Shown here in pieces: positions 56,349 to 64,000 of a DNA stretch of 64,000 nt; position 1 is the stretch's first letter, and the number at the start of each line of letters is the position of its first letter. The notes beneath the pieces are model-generated. The model was not told where the DNA came from. It made no database searches and saw only the letters and a program-made list of their open reading frames with translations. Both the position numbers and the translations under genes were made by a program. The stretch comes from a virus (Duplodnaviria; Heunggongvirae; Uroviricota; Caudoviricetes). Location of the stretch: IMG/VR virus record IMGVR_UViG_3300042348_001285. One strand, 5' to 3'.

Positions 56349-56876
56349 TTAGCCGTCCATCAAAATACGATTAGGAACATAAATCCACTTAGCATCATGG
56401 CTAATGTTCGTGTCCAAAATACAAACTTCTAGCTTTTTCCCTTCATTTTTAGACGCAAAATCGGTGAAAGGTTTTTCGTAGGAGCGCATAGTCCCAGCTA
56501 ACTTACCCGTAAACAGATTCCTACTTACATTGTAACCCCTAAAACTTTCTGCAGAAGGGTCAGGCAAGTCAAAATGAGTTTCAATGTAGATACCGCTATC
56601 GGCACACTCAGGTTTGAATTCGCGTTCGATTTTGACCCTGTTAAGGGTGGTCCGATTAAAATGCGAAAGCAAATTCCCAATGTGCCCGATAGCCAATTCA
56701 TCCCTATCAAAAGATGCCTTATATGAGGTCATCCAGTCAACTTGCACCACCTCTTTTCTATGGTTCAAAAGTTCAAAGGCAATAACTGGAATTTGCTGCA
56801 AAGCAGAATAGGGATACGTATTAAGCATTACGATGGCTTCTTTGGGCGCTGTGATGTGAAATTCGTAGGTACTCAT
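56349..56876 (-). CDS. hypothetical protein (175 aa)
   Basis: Intact ORF. Confidence 0.5.
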   Translation of the reverse strand: MSTYEFHITAPKEAIVMLNTYPYSALQQIPVIAFELLNHRKEVVQVDWMTSYKASFDRDELAIGHIGNLLSHFNRTTLNRVKIEREFKPECADSGIYIETHFDLPDPSAESFRGYNVSRNLFTGKLAGTMRSYEKPFTDFASKNEGKKLEVCILDTNISHDAKWIYVPNRILMDG

Positions 56877-56963
56877 GGTTGTTGTTGGTTGTTGCTGGGT
56901 ATGGACATGAGCATGTGCCTGGGACGGTAACTTGTGGTAGACCGTATTGAGGCAAAACCATAT

Positions 56964-57713
56964 TTACATTTTCATTGTAGCATCTAGACGCAAGCCCCCA
57001 GAGAAGATAACCTTAGCCATTGTGTCAGGTAGCGTCCCCAGTAGATGCAGAGAGTCTAAAGTGGAAAACATAAACATTTTGTTAAGCTCCTCCCTTACCC
57101 TTTCTCTGGAGACGCAAGCTAGCATTTCTACTGCCAAGTCACTGCGCAATACGGCATAAGTTTCATCATCGGGGATGAATCCTTTGGTAATTTGGAACCT
57201 GAACCCTCTGAGTACCCTAAGGCCGTCCTCTCTGATTCTGTCAGCAGGGTTCCCAACGAAACGGAGAATTTTGTTCCTAATGTCGAGAACTCCCCCGAAA
57301 GGGTCAATCAGGGATCCATCAATGGCCTTGGCAATTGCCCCACTGGAAAAGTCCCTTCTGGCTAAATCATCATGCAAAGTACCCGGCTTCACCCAATCAG
57401 GGTGACGGCCATCGCTGTAGGGACCATCTTTGCGGGCTAGTACAAAATCTGCGACGGTGGTGCGGGCTTCTAGCGCATGGCCCTTTGGGACCCGCGCACG
57501 GATGGTTAGAAACTCACGGCGAGATTCGAAGATTTGAAAACCTTGTTCAGAGAGTTGAGCTTCCATTGCTAAGAAAGCGCTATCGGCCGTGGCGAAGACA
57601 CCCTTGGGAGCAACAACAGAGAAGTCAATGTCCTTGGATGGAATCCCAAGTAAACTATCCCTGACACAACCCCCTACCTCAAAAAATTGAAATTTTTCCA
57701 CTTGCTTTGCCAT
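56964..57713 (-). CDS. class-II nucleotidyltransferase (CCA-adding enzyme / poly(A) polymerase head-domain family), short form
   Basis: 'FEVGGCVRDSLLGIPSKDIDFSV' matches the GGxVRDxLLGxxxxDxD signature. The protein is only 249 aa, so head and neck domains without the tRNA-binding body. Confidence 0.7.
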   Translation of the reverse strand: MAKQVEKFQFFEVGGCVRDSLLGIPSKDIDFSVVAPKGVFATADSAFLAMEAQLSEQGFQIFESRREFLTIRARVPKGHALEARTTVADFVLARKDGPYSDGRHPDWVKPGTLHDDLARRDFSSGAIAKAIDGSLIDPFGGVLDIRNKILRFVGNPADRIREDGLRVLRGFRFQITKGFIPDDETYAVLRSDLAVEMLACVSRERVREELNKMFMFSTLDSLHLLGTLPDTMAKVIFSGGLRLDATMKM

Positions 57714-58129
57714 TTATGCCTCGGTTTTTGATTACTGGTATTTTAGCATAGGGGGTGGCAAGCTGTCAAGGGGTGGTGCTTATGGGGTAGCCGAGGGTGG
57801 CTGAGGGTGGCCGATGCGGTTGTTTACGCCTACCATGATACATTAAGTTTTGTTACTGTCTTTATTCTGTGGCAAAGTGACGCTTACAAACCTTGAGCAA
57901 CACTAATTCCCCCAAGTATCTATCACTGTGTTCCAAAAATGCACTCATTGCTTCCCCCCTCAGAATTATAACCACCATAGGAATTTAAACGTTTACCAAA
58001 CATAGCCCTATCATCAGGATCTACAAGGCGCCCTTCATCTGTCAATTCTCTCCAAATGTAGGAAGTTGTTATTCTGGTGGCTTTTCTAGATTGATACATT
58101 ATTGGGGGAGGTTAATATACCGAGTACAA

Positions 58130-58924
58130 TCAAATCTTAGGCAATTCAACTACTTTGCCGACAGGTTCTGGGGGTACCATGGCATCAGCCCCACCATCAG
58201 CCCCACCATCGGCCCCACCATCAGCCCCACCATCAGCCCCACCAATCAACTTACTGCCGTCAACCATGGCCGCCATAGCACCTACACCATAACTATGAGC
58301 AGTTTGGATAAAATGGGCTTCAACTTCTGCCTTAGCTTCTTCGACCATGTCTTCAGTTGCCTCCCTAAAGGATTCCACTGCAAAGTTTAGGTCCCCCGGT
58401 AGCTTATTGGCTTCAGATTTTAAATTGCTTACAATTTCCCTTAGTTTAACCTTGCTGATAGACTTATCATTAAGTACCCCCTCTAGTTGGTCTGCAATGT
58501 CATTGATCCCTTGCATAGCCTGTTCAAGTTTAACCCCAAACTCCTCATTGAAACTATCTTTCCGGTTCTTCTCTGGTGGTTTAATCCCAGGAACAGCAAC
58601 CAGTGGCCCCTCAGAAAGGCGATTCAAAGTAATTGGGGTAGCTTGACTTCTACCTGCTCCGCTGACAAATTTCCCCCATTGAGCTTCACTCATTGAGAAC
58701 TCAACAACTTGTCCCCTAGGGAATACCCAATCCCTATGCAAATTCCTTTCCATCTCTGCTGTTTGAATGGTTACCGATATGTAGTGATTATGGCTTAAAT
58801 CAGACCCGAACAAATAAACCCCAGGTGTACATTGCGGGCGAGTAACTGTGATCACCCCATAAGCAGGATGGCTGTAAACTTGGTTGTTGTCTTTGGTGGT
58901 GATGGTAGGTGCTTGATTGCTCAT
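58130..58924 (-). CDS. hypothetical protein (264 aa) with a (GGAD)x5 repeat
   Basis: A 12-bp tandem DNA repeat 'caccatcagccc' lies at 58188-58247. Confidence 0.5.
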   Translation of the reverse strand: MSNQAPTITTKDNNQVYSHPAYGVITVTRPQCTPGVYLFGSDLSHNHYISVTIQTAEMERNLHRDWVFPRGQVVEFSMSEAQWGKFVSGAGRSQATPITLNRLSEGPLVAVPGIKPPEKNRKDSFNEEFGVKLEQAMQGINDIADQLEGVLNDKSISKVKLREIVSNLKSEANKLPGDLNFAVESFREATEDMVEEAKAEVEAHFIQTAHSYGVGAMAAMVDGSKLIGGADGGADGGADGGADGGADAMVPPEPVGKVVELPKI

Positions 58925-59024
58925 TGATTTTGGTGGGGTTGTCTTTGGTGGGGATGTGTGTCGCTGCTGTCGTTGCTGTCGGGTTATATGGAAAGGGCTT
59001 ACATTCACTGCATACTATCGGCGA

Positions 59025-59456
59025 TTAGCGACTAGCAGTAACTTTAGAGCGACTGAGGATCGTAGCAACATAAATGCGCCCCTTTTTAGCCATGGCAGAT
59101 ACTGCTTTGTTACGATTAAATACCGGAACTTTCTTAACGGTGGGCTCCATTTTAGCCTTGGCAGCATCTTCTAGGGCCTTCAGTTTGGCTTTGGCAACTT
59201 CCACCGTTTGGGTAGCCTTTTGGATCTTAGTATTGCCAGAAAAATCATATTCCTTATCCTCCCGCAGAATGAAATTACCAAAAATTGTCTCAATTTTCTT
59301 AAGATCGGCAGCCGTCAGTTTCCCAGCAATGGAAGCTTTAACAGCATTCCTGCGCTCAGTCAGGGCAGCAATACGCTCTTCCAGCGAAGACAAGCGACGG
59401 ACAAGGTTCTCGGTGGTTTGGGCTTGGGTTTGGATTGTAGTTTGGGCGATGGCCAT
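59025..59456 (-). CDS. hypothetical coiled-coil protein (143 aa)
   Basis: Ala/Lys-rich heptad-like sequence. Confidence 0.45.
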   Translation of the reverse strand: MAIAQTTIQTQAQTTENLVRRLSSLEERIAALTERRNAVKASIAGKLTAADLKKIETIFGNFILREDKEYDFSGNTKIQKATQTVEVAKAKLKALEDAAKAKMEPTVKKVPVFNRNKAVSAMAKKGRIYVATILSRSKVTASR

Positions 59457-59578
59457 GGCTTCGGTGTGTGTCAACTGAACCCAGTATAAGGGGTGCCTTG
59501 CCCCCTTGTCAACCCCCCCTAACCAAAACGCAACCATCACCCGTCGTCTTAGTACGGGAGAAGAAGCGACAATGGCTA

Positions 59579-59986
59579 CTAAACCAACTTAGCTTGAATT
59601 TTATCTAACTTTTCCAACAGGGCACCCATGGACTTGGCTTCCTCCACTGCAAGGTCTAATTGCCCCCTGGTCACATAAGTAGCAATCCGCTCACTTTGCC
59701 TTGTGCGAAATACAGAACAAAAAGACTCAGCACATTGTGCTAAGATGCCCCATTCTTCATTACTTAGTTCAATTGAGCGCTTGATTGGGCTATTTGCATC
59801 ATTGTCAAAATCCCTATAGCCCTCAGACTCTATTGCACATGGTTCTAAAAGCAGGCGATGGAGCCTAGGGAGCCGGCGGGGCGGTGCATCAAGGGCGGCA
59901 TTAAATGCGTCCCAATTCGCCGTATCCAAAATAATAGGCTGTTGGTCTCCCTGGTCTCCGCCGGGAAGCCCACTTGGTGTGGTCAT
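59579..59986 (-). CDS. hypothetical protein (135 aa)
   Basis: Intact ORF. Confidence 0.45.
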   Translation of the reverse strand: MTTPSGLPGGDQGDQQPIILDTANWDAFNAALDAPPRRLPRLHRLLLEPCAIESEGYRDFDNDANSPIKRSIELSNEEWGILAQCAESFCSVFRTRQSERIATYVTRGQLDLAVEEAKSMGALLEKLDKIQAKLV

Positions 59987-60279
59987 TTGTTGTTATGCAA
60001 TTTATGTAGTTTATTCAGAAAGAGGAAACCAGCATATTTATGGAAAACCTCAACAGGTCTCCAATCATTGAAGTATTCAGATGACAGAAACCATTTGCCA
60101 CTTTCCGATTTATATACTCTGCCACACTCTGACATTGTATTTGAGCTACGGTAAATGACTAGGGACGGTTTATTTACTGAGATGTAGAGAGGGGATTGGT
60201 ATTTTGTTTGTGGTTTGTCCATGGTGGAGGCGGAAAGGAGGGGGTAGGGTGGATGAGAGTTAAACGAATGTGGTGACAA
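59983..60279 (-). CDS. hypothetical protein (98 aa)
   Basis: Intact ORF. The start overlaps the upstream stop (ATGA). Confidence 0.45.
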   Translation of the reverse strand: MSPHSFNSHPPYPLLSASTMDKPQTKYQSPLYISVNKPSLVIYRSSNTMSECGRVYKSESGKWFLSSEYFNDWRPVEVFHKYAGFLFLNKLHKLHNNK

Positions 60280-60298
60280 TCAACAAATGTAGAGACAA

Positions 60299-61021
60299 TC
60301 AACTAAAGATATCTACTGTTTCTTTTTTCTTAATCTGCCAGTAAGTGTCTCGGGTAGCATTATACGCGGTCAAAATACCTGAAAACACAGCACCAGTATC
60401 AATGCCGATACGGTCCTTGGTTATATCCGGATCTTTACCTACGATAGTATGGCCATGGACAACTTTCTTTATTTTGTCGGTCCATTTATGTAGTTCGGGC
60501 CCCGTGCTCAAAAATGGTTCACGCACCCATAGTAGGTTGTCGGCCTTTTTAGTTTTAATTTGTTCAAAGGGGTCATGCCCAGGAAACACTCCAGCATGAA
60601 TAAACATTGTGTCCCCCACAGTCATGTAGATAGGTAGTTGTTTGATCCATTCATAGTGATTGGCTTTCATGTCTTCAAACTGTTTAAGATTTCCGCCATT
60701 TCTCACCCAAATCGCCAAAGAATTGTATCCCCACATGGTTTCGGATCCTGCAACAACATCGACAAACATACGCTCATGATTGCCCATCAGCACATTGAAA
60801 CTTTCTAGTCCTGCACTTTCGGGGTCATCCATAAGCTCCTTGACTTTGTTAAGGACCTTCATATCTTCCCCGCCACGATCTATCAAGTCCCCCAGCAGAA
60901 TCACTCGCGCCCCAGTTCCATTAAGCCACTTTAATGCGGCAGTTAAAACATCATAACGAGCGTGGATGTCACCAATGGCTACTACATCACCGGCATTTAC
61001 TTTTTTCCTTAGTTTAGTCAT
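60299..61021 (-). CDS. calcineurin-like metallophosphoesterase (lambda-phosphatase/ApaH-type Ser/Thr phosphatase)
   Basis: 'GDIHARYD', 'GDLIDRG' and 'GNHE' motifs. Confidence 0.8.
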   Translation of the reverse strand: MTKLRKKVNAGDVVAIGDIHARYDVLTAALKWLNGTGARVILLGDLIDRGGEDMKVLNKVKELMDDPESAGLESFNVLMGNHERMFVDVVAGSETMWGYNSLAIWVRNGGNLKQFEDMKANHYEWIKQLPIYMTVGDTMFIHAGVFPGHDPFEQIKTKKADNLLWVREPFLSTGPELHKWTDKIKKVVHGHTIVGKDPDITKDRIGIDTGAVFSGILTAYNATRDTYWQIKKKETVDIFS

Positions 61022-61132
61022 TTTACTTCGGGGGTTTTACTTTGGGGGTTAATACTTCGGTATTTACCCTGTGGATATCCTATGGGTAATCCTACAGAGC
61101 CACCCTGCGGGGCCACCCTGCGGGTTCATAAC

Positions 61133-61618
61133 CTAGCAACCAACATATTCTACCATAGAGAAACCTTCCGTGTCAACCCCCCTTAAGGACGCTTGCAAGG
61201 CAGAGTGCATCTTTTCAATAACCAACTCAGGTACATTGCGAACCCTGGCTGAGTTTTGCTTAAGGCAAATGTCTAAGGGTGGGTTCACTACGATGGCCCT
61301 AATGTCAGGGTACCCATAACTCTGGAGCAAAGCAATTGCGTCCTTGCGGTATTTTGCCCTATAATGGGTGCCATCCATAATGAGTACCTTGCCAACATTT
61401 TCCTCAATTAAGTTCTCAATACGGTTCTGAATAACCATCCATTCGCCTTGAATGTTGGCGTCCCCATATAATTCTGCTCGGATTTGGTCCCCGGAAATTA
61501 TTACCGCATTTTCACGCTTAGCAATCCCAGCAGCATAGGTGGATTTACCGGAGCCAGGGGGCCCTACCATGATGTAGGCATAGTTGTGGTTGTGGGTGAG
61601 GGTGTTTATGGGGGCCAT
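61133..61618 (-). CDS. polynucleotide 5'-kinase (T4 Pnk kinase-domain-like P-loop kinase)
   Basis: 'IMVGPPGSGKSTYA', then 'ISGDQIRAEL' (like DxxR), 'LIMDGTH' and 'NSARVRNVPELVIEKM'. These are co-linear with T4 Pnk 'GCPGSGKSTWA / NRDDYR / ISDTNL / NSKRGTKAVPIDV'. Confidence 0.6.
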   Translation of the reverse strand: MAPINTLTHNHNYAYIMVGPPGSGKSTYAAGIAKRENAVIISGDQIRAELYGDANIQGEWMVIQNRIENLIEENVGKVLIMDGTHYRAKYRKDAIALLQSYGYPDIRAIVVNPPLDICLKQNSARVRNVPELVIEKMHSALQASLRGVDTEGFSMVEYVGC

Positions 61619-61727
61619 AATGGGATCCAAGGGGTATAGGTAGGTGCAGGGACCTAAGGACCGGGTGTCAAACCGCATCAATTACACTTAGTATAGCATA
61701 CCGCTAACCAAAGTCAATGCCCTAAGG

Positions 61728-61970
61728 TCAACGCCCCAAAATCAAAAACCTATATCTATCCAACCAATCCTTAAGCAAATCATCATCTTCGACTACTTGG
61801 GAGTTTTGATTTACAAAATCTTCAACTATCCACGCAACCTCTTTAAATTGCAATTCATTGCAGTCGGGTTTGAATGATACTTTGAGATTAGGATATTTCG
61901 GCAGTATCGCAATTAGTTGCGACTTTAGGCTTGATGGTGTGCTCATTTTGCAACTGACGGGATTCAACAA
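61728..61970 (-). CDS. hypothetical protein (80 aa)
   Basis: Intact ORF. Confidence 0.45.
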   Translation of the reverse strand: MLNPVSCKMSTPSSLKSQLIAILPKYPNLKVSFKPDCNELQFKEVAWIVEDFVNQNSQVVEDDDLLKDWLDRYRFLILGR

Positions 61971-61985
61971 ACTTACCCATTGCCA

Positions 61986-62216
61986 TCAAAGGTCAGTCTC
62001 TAAGGCAATTTCCCCCAAGTTAAACTTTTCCATAATATCCAAATAACCAGCATTCAAGATACCTTGAATAAGGTCACCGTCATCTAGTTCCTTCAGATTT
62101 GCAGTCAAGGCTTCGCAATAAACACGAATAAGCTCTTTAACTGGTGCATTTTCTGCAACACGGGACACTAAAATGTCGATCAGTTCGTTGCGATTTTCAA
62201 TAGATTCAGGAGCCAT
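61986..62216 (-). CDS. hypothetical protein (76 aa)
   Basis: Intact ORF. Confidence 0.45.
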   Translation of the reverse strand: MAPESIENRNELIDILVSRVAENAPVKELIRVYCEALTANLKELDDGDLIQGILNAGYLDIMEKFNLGEIALETDL

Positions 62217-62327
62217 TTTTTGTTGGGTTTGCTTGGTCTGTTTGGTTTGCTTGGTCTGTTTGGTCTATCAATGTAATTTTACAATTACCTTAATATAACC
62301 GTGATGTAACCCCCATGGATTACAATA

Positions 62328-62412
62328 AGGAAGAGGGGAGATTCGAACTCCCGGAGGTTTAACCCCCTGCAGTTTTCAAGACTGCTGCTATCAACCACTC
62401 AGCCACTCTTCC
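62328..62412 (-). tRNA. trnS(UGA): tRNA-Ser (anticodon UGA), class II with long variable arm; 3' CCA not encoded
   Basis: Minus strand folds as follows. Acceptor GGAAGAG/CTCTTCC. D-stem GCTG/TAGC with loop AGTGGTTGA. Anticodon stem GCAGT/ACTGC with loop CUUGAAA, anticodon UGA. Variable arm of 16 nt. T-stem GGGAG/CUCCC with loop UUCGAAU. It is followed by UUAU, not CCA. Confidence 0.9.
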
Positions 62413-62422
62413 AATAGCTCAC

Positions 62423-62629
62423 CTAAGGGGCTTTAATGTTGCTCTTTGCAAGGTCTAACCTAATCCAATTTTTCAAGGTTTGAACACTGCGAATTTTTGC
62501 CTGAAGGTGTGATAATCCTTCTTCGGAAAAAGACTCAGGACATAACTCTCGTTCGGCAATTAGTTCCCCCGCATACATTTCAAGGGCTTCGATTGCGAGT
62601 TCTTTATCTTGTTTGGAAATTAGTGACAT
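62423..62629 (-). CDS. hypothetical protein (68 aa)
   Basis: Intact ORF. Confidence 0.45.
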   Translation of the reverse strand: MSLISKQDKELAIEALEMYAGELIAERELCPESFSEEGLSHLQAKIRSVQTLKNWIRLDLAKSNIKAP

Positions 62630-62632
62630 GGC

Positions 62633-63973
62633 CTATGAGTTGAAACCTTTGGGTGCGTTGAATCTGCGGTTTTCATGAATTTTTTCTATTTTACCCGAGA
62701 TAGCCCATTCAGACCCTTCTTTCGAAGATGAATTTTCTAGATTGCAAAATGATAAGGGCTGTACATAATAATCTTGCTTTAGGGCATTCACCAGTTCGTG
62801 GAACTTTTTATCTGCTTCTGTGTCAGGTCCTAGTTTAGGCACTCGGATCCGTAAAGTTCCGAAAAATCTCCCCTTGCCAACTTCGTAGGTTTCCCTAATC
62901 TTCCCCCAAGCCAGTTCGTTTACTATGTCATCTACAGATAGGTCCAATTCACCTTCAACCATTTCCTTTGTGGCCTCTCTTTTTACTTCGGGGTCATTAG
63001 AGAAGCGGCTGAAAATGAAGTTATTAGAGATGCGGTAGAATCGGCTGATAGCGCCTGACACAGATTGTTTATATTCTGTAAGTTTCCGTTGAGCTTTCCT
63101 TAGGGTGTTACCCTTGGTGGGGTCATAACTCAAGAGCTTACAAAAGTATAAATCTTCAAAACTTTTCCCTTCACCCAAGGTTTGGATTTCGTTAGTGGCG
63201 CAGGCGTAAACACTTTTATATCCCCCCATACAGTCATTGGTAGCAATCCAACCGAAGAACGCACGAGAGTAATCCCCTACAATAATAGTGTCATAAAGAT
63301 CATGCTCACCATCTGGGACTGCTAGGTAAAGGGGCCTTTGTTGATTGTTTGTATGAACTATTTTAAATCCAGGATTCGTTTTTAAAGTCTCTTCTTCTGT
63401 CTGTCTTTTCACTCTGGCAATATCTACAGGTTTCGAGGAAACACCAGGTATGTAATACAAGTCTGGAGCTATAATGTCCAAAGACTCTGCCAAAGTTTTT
63501 AACTTTGCCTTTCGATCTTCGAATTCTCTCCAGCACTTTACTTTACTAACCCAATTTTTTTCAAGTGAAGTTTCGTCATCTCTGGATAGAGCACTTAAAA
63601 AGTACCAAAATTCCAAAACTTTATCCCAATTCTTCCCAAGAACTCTTTCAGGCTCGTTAAGTACGATGGCAGGGTTTAGGCTTGAAAGGTCGTTGAACCT
63701 TTTTAAGAGAACAGCGTGAATAAAACTGATCCCAAGGGTTTTAGCGGTGGTGGCGCTTAAACTTGGATTGTTACCTCGGAGTCCATTAGCCGCCCCCATC
63801 CAGAAAGCCTGAAAGTCCATCACCCCCATGCCCTTAGAGAGCATAATCGCTTCACTCTGGGCACAAGGGCTGAGACCTTTTTCTTCTCTCACCAGTTCGT
63901 AACCCTTACCGGGCATACCCCCAGGCTGAGACCATTTTTTAGTTAGTTTGTTTATTAGTCCGGTGTTTGCCAT
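62633..63973 (-). CDS. large hypothetical protein (446 aa); speculative nucleotidyltransferase/RNA-ligase-like
   Basis: No firm motif. 'GFKIVHTNN' weakly recalls Rnl2 motif I KIHGTN but lacks the Gly. The position next to the PNK/phosphatase/tRNA genes is suggestive only. Confidence 0.5.
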   Translation of the reverse strand: MANTGLINKLTKKWSQPGGMPGKGYELVREEKGLSPCAQSEAIMLSKGMGVMDFQAFWMGAANGLRGNNPSLSATTAKTLGISFIHAVLLKRFNDLSSLNPAIVLNEPERVLGKNWDKVLEFWYFLSALSRDDETSLEKNWVSKVKCWREFEDRKAKLKTLAESLDIIAPDLYYIPGVSSKPVDIARVKRQTEEETLKTNPGFKIVHTNNQQRPLYLAVPDGEHDLYDTIIVGDYSRAFFGWIATNDCMGGYKSVYACATNEIQTLGEGKSFEDLYFCKLLSYDPTKGNTLRKAQRKLTEYKQSVSGAISRFYRISNNFIFSRFSNDPEVKREATKEMVEGELDLSVDDIVNELAWGKIRETYEVGKGRFFGTLRIRVPKLGPDTEADKKFHELVNALKQDYYVQPLSFCNLENSSSKEGSEWAISGKIEKIHENRRFNAPKGFNS

Positions 63974-64000
63974 TTTTTTTTGTAGTTGTTAGCGTAGGTT

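Noticed and set aside
62633-63973. Calling the 446-aa protein an RNA ligase.
   Set aside because: Only a weak 'KIVHTN' resemblance to Rnl2 motif I, with the Gly missing. I kept it as a hypothesis in the findings only.

Overview
The window is a 64-kb, densely packed, one-strand region that I read as part of a large virulent phage or phage-like element, probably of a cyanobacterial host. Essentially every credible gene is on the minus strand. The host guess rests on two things: the leaders are CA-rich with no Shine-Dalgarno motif, and there is a pentapeptide-repeat protein.

There are two compositional domains.
- **6.3-31.4 kb, GC-rich.** This is a hyperplastic array of more than 50 very small ORFs of 40-150 aa. 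Each sits behind the same promoter-leader cassette: a GC hairpin or -35 box, then TGCTATAAT, then a CA-rich leader, then CACC-ATG-GCC-ACC. The cassette supplies the first codons, so many proteins start MAT(T/A)T. The ORF-track N-terminal extensions such as '..CYNYRVNQPTPQ..' are just the cassette translated. This block also holds Rho-independent terminators, several families of short intergenic direct repeats, and eight copies of a complex AT-rich module of about 300 bp. Each module has iterons and hairpins and carries an IHF-like site, a DnaA-box-like site or both; I cannot explain it from known feature types.
- **0-5.9 kb and 32-64 kb, AT-rich.** These carry longer, more ordinary genes. Confident calls are thymidylate kinase, a DnaN-type sliding clamp, CysRS with an internal repeat insertion, an N6-adenine/N4-cytosine-type DNA methyltransferase domain protein, a pentapeptide-repeat protein, an HNH endonuclease, an SPFH/band-7 protein, a J-domain protein and a frameshifted DnaQ-like exonuclease. 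An RNA repair and maturation cluster is also here: a T4-Pnk-like polynucleotide kinase, a lambda-type metallophosphatase, a class-II CCA-adding nucleotidyltransferase head domain, and a tRNA-Ser(UGA) gene without an encoded CCA. These genes use a related promoter of the form TTGACA-N17-TATAGT/TATAAT.

Coordinates of true starts were computed from the ORF track by locating the cassette-derived Met. Small-ORF calls are provisional.
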